Assembly (NCBI GenBank): GCA_016181165.1
Contig: JACOZU010000005.1
Coordinates: 1-45,001, forward strand
Length of the DNA stretch: 45,001 nucleotides
Reading direction: 5' to 3'
Source of the DNA: Candidatus Woesebacteria bacterium
GTDB lineage: Bacteria > Patescibacteriota > Microgenomatia > UBA8517
Positions within the stretch are counted from its first letter, which is position 1. Every line of letters begins with the position of its first letter. A model generated the notes under the pieces. The model made no database searches. It had not been told where the DNA came from and was given only the letters and a program-made list of their open reading frames with translations. The position numbers were made by a program, and so were the translations under genes. Positions 1 through 8,161 of this stretch are shown in pieces.

Positions 1-93
1 AAATAGGCGTATTCAGAGTTTAGACCTTCAGATAGGAATAATCTGATAAATTCTCTCAGTCTGTTTAAGATACTAAGCGGGTCACTCGGGAAC

Positions 94-882
94 TTATTGT
101 CTGTCATCTGCGAAAAATTCGTACCAACAAACCATTGCAGGTAAGCCAATTCCCCACCAAAAAAGAATCTCATCATATGGCAACTTTTGGCCAGAGACAT
201 TGAGATATCCAAGATAATGAGCTCCCCCGAAGTACCAATGATATTGTCTCAAACCTACCAATTCTGTTAACAAAGAAACACCAAAAAAGTAGACGCCAAT
301 TATTAACAGTTTAGGCAAAAGTCGAGGATATTTCCAAAGCAGATAGCTCATTGGAATAATTCCAAAAGTAATTCCTAGAGCTAGGTAAAAATATGGGATA
401 TATAACTGCCCAGGGTAAAAGATATAAAGAAAGAAGAATATCAATAGTAATAATGTCACGAAAAGAATTAGATTCATTATAGATTTAGGAAATAAACGCT
501 TTCTTTTTTCGGTGTCCAAAAAGTACTCCCAAAACATCACTCCGTAATATACCCACAAAATTGACCAGACGACGACCTCGATCGGTATGCTCCCGTCCAG
601 AAAACGAAACGCGCTATTGGGGACAAACCATGTTTGGTCAACAAAGGCAAGATATTCAAAGATTAACACCATGGGTATTACAATAATTACCATGAACAAT
701 AAACTTTTCTTGATTAAACGAGGATTATTAAATGTAAGGTATAAAGACGGTATGCCGAATAAAATGAGTGTTGCTATTAAAAAATTCAGGTGAAAGAAGT
801 CTACGGTAATGGCGGCAACTAAGGTGAACAGAAACAACCACAATATTTGAGCCTTTTTTTCAAAGTTTTTAAGCTTTTTCAT
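94..882 (-). CDS. polytopic integral membrane protein, possibly lycopene-cyclase-domain family
   Basis: 262-aa ORF that is almost entirely hydrophobic spans. Two internally repeated motifs (SIPIEVVVW and LPYDEILFWW) resemble the paired PxEE-type motifs of CrtYc/d-like lycopene cyclase domains. The family call rests on motif memory only. Confidence 0.5.
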   Translation of the reverse strand: MKKLKNFEKKAQILWLFLFTLVAAITVDFFHLNFLIATLILFGIPSLYLTFNNPRLIKKSLLFMVIIVIPMVLIFEYLAFVDQTWFVPNSAFRFLDGSIPIEVVVWSILWVYYGVMFWEYFLDTEKRKRLFPKSIMNLILFVTLLLLIFFFLYIFYPGQLYIPYFYLALGITFGIIPMSYLLWKYPRLLPKLLIIGVYFFGVSLLTELVGLRQYHWYFGGAHYLGYLNVSGQKLPYDEILFWWGIGLPAMVCWYEFFADDRQ

Positions 883-1120
883 CTTTATGTGTATATTTCA
901 TATTATCACAAATTTAGCCTCAATCACTTGACATTAACCCGTCTTTTGTGGCATCCTGACCTATAGGTATGATTAAAGAAGAGTCATTCTCCTTCTGGAA
1001 AAATCTTATTCCAATAATCTTTCGGCCAAAAGCGTTAAAAATCTCACGAGCCAGGAAGTTAGCGTCTATCCTAAATCAGGAGCCAGGGTTTTTGCCTCGC
1101 TCCCGACCAATTTACCGAGT

Positions 1121-1525
1121 GTGGGAGGAGAGGCGACGGTGACGGACGCCAGACCCGAACTTGTGCGCCAGTATCTTGCCTATTGGTATTCCCCCCTTGA
1201 GCCTTACTCCAACTTTATCGTCGAGGCGGCCGATCGATACGAACTGGACTACAGGCTAACAACTGCCATTGCCCAGCAGGAATCAAACTTGTGTAAAATT
1301 ATTCCTCCGGGGAGCTTCAACTGCTGGGGTTGGGGAATACACAGCGAAGGAACCCTGGGTTTTGATTCTTTCGAAGAGGGGATTGAAACCGTGTCGCAGG
1401 GTCTAAAGGAAGAGTATCTCAATAAAGGGTTTGGCTCCATCGAAGAAATCATGTCCAAATATACGCCTTTATCCAACGGTTCCTGGGCCACGGGGGTCAC
1501 AAAATTTATGTCCGAAATGGAGTAG
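1121..1525 (+). CDS. lytic-transglycosylase-like protein (MltB/SLT_2-like ES motif), paralog of 2450..2968, no signal peptide
   Basis: GTG-started 134-aa ORF. LDYRLTTAIAQQESNLCK...NCWGWG aligns with IDWRLVPAISGVESTFGK...NAYGWA of the downstream paralog, and both end in Y(T/A)P...W(A/T)..V..FM. The frame is open upstream to 977 but has no ATG/GTG/TTG. Confidence 0.6.
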   Translation: MGGEATVTDARPELVRQYLAYWYSPLEPYSNFIVEAADRYELDYRLTTAIAQQESNLCKIIPPGSFNCWGWGIHSEGTLGFDSFEEGIETVSQGLKEEYLNKGFGSIEEIMSKYTPLSNGSWATGVTKFMSEME

Positions 1526-1543
1526 CTCTCTGCCTTCTAACTA

Positions 1544-2302
1544 ATGGCCGCGCACTACGATACATACGACTATCCGACTTACTGGATAGGCAGGGAATAC
1601 GAACACGAAGCCGAAGTTGTCGCTCTTAAGGCCTTCTTAGAAAAAATTCCCAAGATCGATACCATTCTTGAAATCGGCGCGGGTTTTGGGCGCCTCACCC
1701 CCAGCTACCTTTTTAGAGCCAGAAAAATAATTCTTTCCGACCCCTCCTCACGGCTTTTGGCTATCGCCCGCGATACCTTCGGAGAGAGAAAAAACGTTAA
1801 ATTTATACAGTCCAGCGCCGAAAACTTACCGCGAATGTTGTCCAAGGAATCGGTCGATCTGATTATTTTGGTTAGAGTTTTTCACCACCTCAAAGACCCA
1901 AACAATTTTTTCGACGTAAGCTTTCGACTTCTCAAGAAAAACGGATATCTCATCTTGGAGTTTGCGAATAAAGAACATCTTAAGGCAACCTTCAAAGAGT
2001 TCCTTAGGGGCAATGTTACTTTTCCTTTGGACATATTTCCCAAACACGTAGAGGGCTCAAGAAGAAGAAAGAAAAGTAGCCTTCCCTTTCTTAATTTCCA
2101 CCCCGACATTGTCAAACACGAGCTAACCGAGAGGGGCTTTGAAATTAAAGAGGGCCGTTCGGTCTCCAACATCAGATCGACCTTTTTCAAAAAGTTTTTA
2201 GCGAGCGATACTCTTATTGTTATAGAGAGGGCTTTACAGGTTCCACTCTATCTTATAAGTTTTGGGCCTTCAATTTTTCTCCTCGCACAGAAGAAGGAAT
2301 AG
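1544..2302 (+). CDS. class I SAM-dependent methyltransferase
   Basis: 252-aa ORF with SAM-binding motif I (ILEIGAGFGRLT) and the post-I acidic residue (ILSDPS), a typical Rossmann MTase layout. Confidence 0.8.
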   Translation: MAAHYDTYDYPTYWIGREYEHEAEVVALKAFLEKIPKIDTILEIGAGFGRLTPSYLFRARKIILSDPSSRLLAIARDTFGERKNVKFIQSSAENLPRMLSKESVDLIILVRVFHHLKDPNNFFDVSFRLLKKNGYLILEFANKEHLKATFKEFLRGNVTFPLDIFPKHVEGSRRRKKSSLPFLNFHPDIVKHELTERGFEIKEGRSVSNIRSTFFKKFLASDTLIVIERALQVPLYLISFGPSIFLLAQKKE

Positions 2303-2322
2303 AGGATATACTCCTAAAAAGC

Positions 2323-2351
2323 TTGACAATCCGATAGTACTATGCTATAGT
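2323..2351 (+). promoter_or_regulatory. sigma70-type promoter (TTGACA-17 nt-TATAGT)
   Basis: TTGACA at 2323-2328, a 17-nt spacer, then TATAGT at 2346-2351. It lies in the gap between the methyltransferase stop (2302) and the next ATG (2450). Confidence 0.55.
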
Positions 2352-2357
2352 ACACAC

Positions 2358-2439
2358 TAGATTCCGAGGCAACTCCGATTTAATCGGAGGAGCGTTGGAA
2401 TTTTTCTTGGGCCCCGCCGCAAGGCGGGGCTCTTTTTTT
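2358..2439 (+). promoter_or_regulatory. candidate ~80-nt leader/attenuator or small RNA
   Basis: The predicted transcript has a nested hairpin (ATTCC 2361-2365 / GGAAT 2397-2401 enclosing CTCCGAT-TTA-ATCGGAG at 2373-2389). An intrinsic terminator follows, and the downstream ATG is only about 10 nt after the T-tract. Confidence 0.45.
2411..2439 (+). terminator. Rho-independent terminator
   Basis: GCCCCGCC (2411-2418), GCAA loop, GGCGGGGC (2423-2430), followed by TCTTTTTTT. Confidence 0.65.
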
Positions 2440-2449
2440 CTCTAAAACC

Positions 2450-2968
2450 ATGATAAAGGTATTCAGCATTTTAACCATTTCCGTACTTGTCTTTATTTTA
2501 TCCGCCGGCAGTGTCTCGGCGGAAGTTCCTGTGGCCGATGCTTCTGCCACTCTTAAAAGGTCTCAAATAAGTTCCGACTACAGAATTGAGATCTTAAGGG
2601 CCTATTTAACCAAGCATAATTCTCCTTTGGCGGAGTATGCCGATGAATTTGTTTTAACGGCCGATAAATACAATATCGACTGGAGACTTGTTCCGGCAAT
2701 TTCCGGGGTAGAATCCACCTTTGGTAAAAGAATTCCTGCCAACTCCTATAACGCCTACGGCTGGGCCAACGGAGAATATAGATTTAAGTCTTGGGAAGAT
2801 TCCATCGAAATTGTAACCAAAACCCTTAGGGAAAAATACATCGATAGGGGAGCTCCCTCTATTGCTAAGATTGCAAGGCGCTATGCGCCCCCTTCCTCAA
2901 CTTGGGCCGGGAAGGTCAAGTTTTTTATGCGGAAGATAGATTCTCTTCCTTTGGCATATACAATTTAA
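2450..2968 (+). CDS. secreted lytic-transglycosylase-like protein (MltB/SLT_2-like)
   Basis: 172-aa ORF with an N-terminal signal-like segment (MIKVFSILTISVLVFILSAGSVSA). GVESTFGK resembles the ES.FG catalytic motif of MltB-type lytic transglycosylases. Confidence 0.65.
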   Translation: MIKVFSILTISVLVFILSAGSVSAEVPVADASATLKRSQISSDYRIEILRAYLTKHNSPLAEYADEFVLTADKYNIDWRLVPAISGVESTFGKRIPANSYNAYGWANGEYRFKSWEDSIEIVTKTLREKYIDRGAPSIAKIARRYAPPSSTWAGKVKFFMRKIDSLPLAYTI

Positions 2969-3046
2969 AAAGCTATCTGACGCACAAGCTTTGCTTATGG
3001 GCAAAATCGAGCCTCTGCCGGTTACCTTCACGCTCGAAGGGTAAAC

Positions 3047-3055
3047 TGGTATAAT
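3047..3055 (+). promoter_or_regulatory. extended -10 promoter (TGgTATAAT) for tRNA-Leu
   Basis: TGG TATAAT at 3047-3055, 10 nt upstream of the first base of the tRNA. No clear -35 element. Confidence 0.45.
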
Positions 3056-3064
3056 ATACGTTAG

Positions 3065-3147
3065 GCCGGGGTGGCGGAACGGTAGACGCGCAGGATTTAG
3101 GATCCTGTGTCGGCAACGACGTGGGGGTTCGAGTCCCTTCCTCGGCA
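3065..3147 (+). tRNA. tRNA-Leu (anticodon UAG), class II long variable arm, no encoded CCA
   Basis: Manual fold. Acceptor GCCGGGG/CCTCGGC (one G-U pair). Anticodon stem CAGGA/TCCTG with loop TTTAGGA (U33, UAG, G37). Variable arm GTCG-GCAA-CGAC. T-loop TTCGAGT. Discriminator A73. Confidence 0.85.
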
Positions 3148-3152
3148 CTTAA

Positions 3153-3941
3153 GTGGAAATTCTCTTTTTGGGAACCTCAGCTGGCTGGCCTCTTCCGCGC
3201 TTAGGCTGCAGTTGTAACATTTGTGTTTCATCCGACCCCAAGGACAAGCGTTTTCGCCCAAGTATTCTAATAAATAGTAGTCTTCTTCTTGATGCGCCAA
3301 TCGATACTTACCAAGAACTTAAAAATTTAAAAGTAGACTGTACAAAAATTACCCACATTCTTCTGACTCATGCCCATGTTGATCATATTTTTGGGTTATA
3401 TGACCTGAGCCACATCTATAACAGAGTAACAGCAGATTACCGCTTGAAAGAAAAAATAAACTTGATAGCTCCCTTGGGGATAATCCAAGCCGCAAGACGC
3501 CTCTTGGGGGTCTCGCTACAAGCATTTAAGATTAAGGAGGCAAAGCCTTTTGACAAAATAGAGATCGGAAACGATGCTTCTGTTTCTTTTATTCCCGTCG
3601 AGCACGGCAGTACGGAAGCTTACGGAATTAAAGTCAAAGCGCCAAAACCCATTTTTTATGCTCCGGAATTTAGAAGAATTCTTCCTTCTTCCAAAAAACA
3701 GATAGGCGACGTTGAGATTGCGGTCATTGACGGGTCGAGTAAAACAGGTTACGGACAGGCCAAGGGGCACGAAACGATAGAAGAAGGCATAAGGCTTGGT
3801 AAAGAAATCCGCGCAAAAAAGATTTTCTTCACCAATATCGGGCATAAAACGGACAAACACGAAAACCTGGTTAATTTCGTAAAATCGCAAGGCGGAGAAA
3901 AGTTCAGTATCGCCTTTGATGGACTGGAAGTTAAGGTGTAA
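3153..3941 (+). CDS. MBL-fold metallo-hydrolase, PhnP/RNase Z-like
   Basis: 262-aa ORF. The N-terminal FLGTSAGWPLPRLGCSCNIC resembles the PhnP-type Cys cluster. HxHxDH motif as LLTHAHVDHIFG. The GTG start lies 5 nt after the tRNA-Leu 3-prime end. Confidence 0.8.
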   Translation: MEILFLGTSAGWPLPRLGCSCNICVSSDPKDKRFRPSILINSSLLLDAPIDTYQELKNLKVDCTKITHILLTHAHVDHIFGLYDLSHIYNRVTADYRLKEKINLIAPLGIIQAARRLLGVSLQAFKIKEAKPFDKIEIGNDASVSFIPVEHGSTEAYGIKVKAPKPIFYAPEFRRILPSSKKQIGDVEIAVIDGSSKTGYGQAKGHETIEEGIRLGKEIRAKKIFFTNIGHKTDKHENLVNFVKSQGGEKFSIAFDGLEVKV

Positions 3942-3951
3942 ACTGGAAGTT

Positions 3952-4137
3952 ATGTACGAACCTGTCCACCTCCACCCCAATCGACTCAATAGAAGTCATA
4001 ATATTTTTCTTCTTTTTATACCGGCCATGATATTTGTCTTGGTTATGGCTCTTGCGGTTGCCTTTCTTTCGACTCGCCATTCTTCAACTTTGGGTGAAAA
4101 TACCGAGAGACTTGACAATGAAAACTCTTATAAGTAA
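3952..4137 (+). CDS. small single-pass membrane protein (hypothetical)
   Basis: 61-aa ORF from ATG 3952 with one hydrophobic helix (IFLLFIPAMIFVLVMALAVAFL). No recognised motif. Confidence 0.35.
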   Translation: MYEPVHLHPNRLNRSHNIFLLFIPAMIFVLVMALAVAFLSTRHSSTLGENTERLDNENSYK

Positions 4138-4149
4138 TAATATAACTCT

Positions 4150-4719
4150 GTGGGAAGCGTACTAATTACATCTTTACTAACGCTTCAGCTCGTTTTTTCT
4201 TCACCCTTTATTGGTCAAGCAACCGATACTCCTCGACTTCGCGGTCAAGAACTAAGAGAACAAGCTCAATTAAGAAATGAGGAAAAAAGAGCCACAATTG
4301 CCGCAAGATTTACCGAAATAAGAAGGCAGAGGATTACCAATTTCTTTAATCGACTTATAAAGAGACTAGAATCGGCCATAGCCAGACTCGAAAAATTAAT
4401 TGAGAGAATCGAATCCAGAATTGCAAAGATTGAGGAGGAAGAGGAAGATCTAGCTACCGGCCCCATAACCGAACAGGTAAATGAGGCCAAAGCGATGTTG
4501 GCAGATGCCAAGGCTGACCTAGAGGCGGCCAAGGATAACTTTGAAGCCTTACTTGACTCCGATGAGCCCAAAGAAGTATTTAACGAAGTCAGGGGTAATA
4601 TAATCGATATCAAGGATGCTTTAGTGGAGGTTCATAGGATCCTTGTCAATGTAATCGGGGACATCAAAGGTCTAAGGGTGGGAACAACCGGCTCTCCCGG
4701 AGTCAGTCCAACACCATGA
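4150..4719 (+). CDS. secreted coiled-coil protein (hypothetical)
   Basis: 189-aa GTG-started ORF with a signal-like N-terminus (LITSLLTLQLVFSSPFIGQA) followed by heptad-like E/R/K/A-rich sequence. Confidence 0.55.
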   Translation: MGSVLITSLLTLQLVFSSPFIGQATDTPRLRGQELREQAQLRNEEKRATIAARFTEIRRQRITNFFNRLIKRLESAIARLEKLIERIESRIAKIEEEEEDLATGPITEQVNEAKAMLADAKADLEAAKDNFEALLDSDEPKEVFNEVRGNIIDIKDALVEVHRILVNVIGDIKGLRVGTTGSPGVSPTP

Positions 4720-4961
4720 TAAACGTAAAATCTAAAAACTTTTTAATTTTCTTACTTCTGGCAGCTCTAGTTCTTGCGGGAATCTGGTATTTCCTTTTGA
4801 AAAATAAGGGCTTTGAACTTATTTCTCCAGATATTTCCAGATTAAACACCCAGTCACAGTCCGATGAGGTTTCCGCCATCGAAAAAGACCTCGATAACAC
4901 GGACTTTGCCGACCTGGATGCGGAATTGGCCGACATTGAGGCCGAACTCAACGCTCCTTAA
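4716..4961 (+). CDS. small membrane-anchored acidic protein (hypothetical)
   Basis: 81 aa. ATGA overlap with the upstream gene. One TM helix (FLIFLLLAALVLAGIWYFLL) and an acidic C-terminal tail (DLDNTDFADLDAELADIEAEL). Confidence 0.5.
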   Translation: MINVKSKNFLIFLLLAALVLAGIWYFLLKNKGFELISPDISRLNTQSQSDEVSAIEKDLDNTDFADLDAELADIEAELNAP

Positions 4962-4969
4962 CTCTCCTC

Positions 4970-5162
4970 ATGAAAAAGGTTGCCCCTCTTCTTTTTGCTA
5001 CCGCCATTTTTATTGCTGCGGTAGGAATTCTGACTCAAAAAGACCGCTTCCCCGAGCTAGATGAAAGATATGCTTATTGCCATTGATATTATTTGGATAA
5101 ATGACGGAATCGTCGTAAAAATCGACAAAGGCGTTGAGCCGGAACCGGGGCGACCAAGTTAA
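4970..5162 (+). pseudogene. degraded DUF192-like gene remnant
   Basis: A 38-codon ORF (4970-5086) encodes only a signal-like N-terminus (MKKVAPLLFATAIFIAAVGIL...). A second frame (5061-5162) encodes MKDMLIAIDIIWINDGIVVKIDKGVEPEPG, which resembles the DUF192 core (MKNT.IPLDIIWID...). The intervening conserved region and the C-terminus are missing. Confidence 0.45.
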
Positions 5163-5165
5163 CTT

Positions 5166-6422
5166 CTAATTAGTCGTAAATTCTTCGAGCTCTTTGACGC
5201 CGCCGAAGGCAATTCTGTCGATAACGACGTCTCTTGTCGCTATCATTCTAGCCGGAGTAATGACAAAATCTCCCCAGCGTTCGTTAACGGCATCAACCGC
5301 CTCAACTATTTTTTCTTTTCTTTCGATATTCTCAAAAAGCTCAAGTTGTAAGGAGGGTTCCTTAACAAGATTAAAAACCGATACGGCCAGCTCCCTAACG
5401 GTAGTTTGATACGGACTTTTATTTAACAGCTTAAAAGCAATCTTATAAATATCCCGGGAGTCAAACAAAACCTTAGGGGTCGTCACTCCTCGATGCCAAA
5501 AATTTCCGTCGCGGTAGGAGACAGCCAAATGAACCCCGCGTATTTTATATCCAGCCCGCCTGAAACGCCTGCCCGTCTTTTCGACCAGTTTGGAAAGAAC
5601 GGGAGAAAGCTCTTCAACCTCGGCTAAAGGCTTGGGTAGGGCAAAGGAATTGCCGTAGCTACGCCTGGCAAAAATCACGTCATCGATCTCCCAGCCCCTG
5701 AGTCTTAAATACCAGTAGTAGCCTAAAACGGATTCGAAAGCGGCTTTGAGTTTGGGGTAGGGAGCTCTATAAAAATCAAGAACCGTATCAATTCCCATTG
5801 AATTTAGCCGGGCCGCATTTCTTGCCTTTATCCCGCATAAATCGGTTAGGCGAAGGCCGGAATAAATCGCCTGAAAGTTGTCTTTATTTATTTCATCAAG
5901 CCCGTCTGGTTTGTGAAGTCCGGCCGCGGTTTTAGCCAAGAATCTATTTGGGGCAATACCGATAGAGACCGTTATCCATTCTCCGATTTCGGCCTTTATC
6001 CTTTCCTTTATCTCGACTCCTAAATTAAGCATTCCCTTTTGATATGCGGGGTAGCCTTCGAGATTTAAAACAAATTCATCAATACTTTTGGGGACAAATT
6101 TATCCGTATAGTCAGACAAAACCTTTCTTAGTCCAAGGTGGACGTTTCTGTATTTCCAGGGGTCTGGAGGCAAAACAATAAGTGCGGGGCAAAGAAGTTT
6201 TCCTTCTTTGACTCTCATTCCGACTTTTACTCCGTATTTTTTGGCCTCAACCGAGGGAGCAACGATACAACCCGAGGGGGTGGTGTAGGCCGCAACCGCG
6301 ATGGGTCTGCCCCTTAAGTGCGGATTGGCCTGCTGCTCGATGGTGGCAAAGCAGGAATTAAGGTCCAGGTGCATTATGGTTGAGGGTTTTTTATTAAAGG
6401 CAAGTTCAGTCCGGTAGGCCAT
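5166..6422 (-). CDS. dinB: Y-family DNA polymerase (DinB/ImpB-type translesion polymerase)
   Basis: 418 aa. N-terminal IMHLDLNSCFATIEQQANPHLRGRPIAVA is the UmuC/DinB catalytic signature. SIDEF carries the acidic catalytic residues, and GIGIAPNRFLAKTA is the thumb motif. Confidence 0.9.
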   Translation of the reverse strand: MAYRTELAFNKKPSTIMHLDLNSCFATIEQQANPHLRGRPIAVAAYTTPSGCIVAPSVEAKKYGVKVGMRVKEGKLLCPALIVLPPDPWKYRNVHLGLRKVLSDYTDKFVPKSIDEFVLNLEGYPAYQKGMLNLGVEIKERIKAEIGEWITVSIGIAPNRFLAKTAAGLHKPDGLDEINKDNFQAIYSGLRLTDLCGIKARNAARLNSMGIDTVLDFYRAPYPKLKAAFESVLGYYWYLRLRGWEIDDVIFARRSYGNSFALPKPLAEVEELSPVLSKLVEKTGRRFRRAGYKIRGVHLAVSYRDGNFWHRGVTTPKVLFDSRDIYKIAFKLLNKSPYQTTVRELAVSVFNLVKEPSLQLELFENIERKEKIVEAVDAVNERWGDFVITPARMIATRDVVIDRIAFGGVKELEEFTTN

Positions 6423-6666
6423 CGGAAATTTCCTCCAGGCGCCAGTTAAGCGTATCCGTATTTAAAACGAGCCTAAAAAAGAGGGTTTTTGCAGCTACCG
6501 AGAATACGTGGAAAAGGGTCCGTCCTTCTTGATAGGTATGGTGCAGCCCCACTTTTTCAACGGGGTAGAGCCTTCCCTCCCAGAGAACCCATTTGGGTAT
6601 CACTTTTCGCTTTTTATGGTCAAAAGTAATTCCAACCGAAACCGGGAGAAAAACTTTCTCAATCAT
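6406..6666 (-). CDS. small conserved-looking protein translationally coupled to the Y-family polymerase (unknown family)
   Basis: 86-aa ORF whose 3-prime end overlaps the polymerase start by 17 nt. Balanced, W-rich composition (PKWVLWEGRLYPVEKV...LNWRLEEI). I cannot assign a family. Confidence 0.55.
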   Translation of the reverse strand: MIEKVFLPVSVGITFDHKKRKVIPKWVLWEGRLYPVEKVGLHHTYQEGRTLFHVFSVAAKTLFFRLVLNTDTLNWRLEEISDGLPD

Positions 6667-6751
6667 CCTTAATTCTTAAACCGAATAAAACCCGAAGTCA
6701 AGAGGGAAAACTTGCCAAAAAATTCAGGAAAACTTAAACTGTAAATATCTA

Positions 6752-8161
6752 ATGAATCTTGCACCCCTGATTAAAAAAGATCTCCCCGAACCTCTTTCCT
6801 TAAGAAAGTTAATCGGTCCAAGCTTCATCCTTCTCGGTTTGGGTTTTGGCAGCGGGGAACTAATTCTTTGGCCCTATCTTTCGGCCAATTTCGGAATGGG
6901 AATAATCTGGGGTGCACTTTTGGGAATAACTTTCCAATTTTTTATCAACATGGAAATTGAAAGATACGTTTTGGTAACGGGGGAGACGGTATTCGTGGGT
7001 CTGGCTAGAAAACTTAAGACCCTGGCCCCAGTTTGGTTTATCTTTTCTACCCTAGTTCCTTGGATGTGGCCGGGCATTATTGCCTCTTCGGCCACCCTTT
7101 TGGCTCATCTTTTCGGAATTAAATATACTCCGCTGGTACCCATTGCCCTTTTAATCTTTATCGGTCTTGTCTTGACTCTCGGGCCGGTGGTCTATAAGAC
7201 CCAGGAAGTTTTCCAAAGAACCCTAATCCTTCTTGGAGTTCCTTTCATTTTTGCCCTGGCCTTTATCTTGGCCAAGCCTCCGGATTGGCAAGCTTTAGCC
7301 GAAGGCCTTATCGGCAAAGGTCAGGGTTATTGGTTTTTACCCGCCGGGATTTCTCTGGCAACTTTCCTAGGGGCATTTGCCTATGCCGGGGCCGGGGGAA
7401 ACCTCAATCTGGCCCAAAGTTATTACGTCAAGGAAAAAGGCTACGGGATGGGAAAGTTCTCGGGCAGAATTACCAGCATCTTAACCGGTAAAGAGGAAAA
7501 AATCAGGCTTGAGGGAGTGACTTTTGAACCAACTCCCCAAAACCTGAGCCGCTTCAGGCTTTGGTGGAAAAGAATAAACATTGAACATCTTCTTATTTTC
7601 TGGGCAACCGGGGCCTTCTCGATGATTATGTTAAGTCTTCTTTCGTTTACCACCGTCTTTGGCAATCCCCAAGGAGCCGAAGGAATAATGTTTCTCTTAA
7701 GTGAGGCCGGGGTCATTGCCCAAAGGACCCTTCCGGCTCTCGGCATAATTTTCCTTCTGGTTGCCTCAGCCATGCTTTTTTCGACCCAGTTTTCGGTGCT
7801 GGATGCCACCAGTCGAATCATGTCGGAAAATTTAGCCATTCTTTCTCCGAAATTTTTTAAAATCGAGAAACTGCCCAAGTTTTACTATGCGTTTTTGTGG
7901 ACACAGATACTGGCCGGGACGGTGATTTTTTCTCTGGGAATTACCGAACCTCTAACTCTGATTGTTATCGGCGCTGCCCTTAACGCCATGGCGATGTTCG
8001 TCTATTCCGGCCTAATTCTTGTTCTCAATCACGGTTTGGAGCGGCCTCTCAGGCCTTCGTTGGCCAGAAATCTGGCGGTTGTCGTCGCCTTCCTTTTTTA
8101 CGGAATTTTCAGTCTTTTTACCGTTATCCAAAACTTACCGCGAATTTACGCCCTTTTTTAA
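6752..8161 (+). CDS. Nramp-like (APC-superfamily) membrane transporter
   Basis: 469 aa with about 11-12 TM spans. The N-terminal LIGPSFILLGLGFGSGELILWPYLSANFGMGIIW resembles the first conserved Nramp/MntH segment in a divergent form. Confidence 0.6.
   Translation: MNLAPLIKKDLPEPLSLRKLIGPSFILLGLGFGSGELILWPYLSANFGMGIIWGALLGITFQFFINMEIERYVLVTGETVFVGLARKLKTLAPVWFIFSTLVPWMWPGIIASSATLLAHLFGIKYTPLVPIALLIFIGLVLTLGPVVYKTQEVFQRTLILLGVPFIFALAFILAKPPDWQALAEGLIGKGQGYWFLPAGISLATFLGAFAYAGAGGNLNLAQSYYVKEKGYGMGKFSGRITSILTGKEEKIRLEGVTFEPTPQNLSRFRLWWKRINIEHLLIFWATGAFSMIMLSLLSFTTVFGNPQGAEGIMFLLSEAGVIAQRTLPALGIIFLLVASAMLFSTQFSVLDATSRIMSENLAILSPKFFKIEKLPKFYYAFLWTQILAGTVIFSLGITEPLTLIVIGAALNAMAMFVYSGLILVLNHGLERPLRPSLARNLAVVVAFLFYGIFSLFTVIQNLPRIYALF

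Noticed and set aside
2897-3300. Two minus-strand ORFs (2897-3148 and 3097-3300) covering the tRNA-Leu locus
   Set aside because: Both run antisense through a well-folding tRNA and the start of the MBL hydrolase gene. I saw no supporting motifs.
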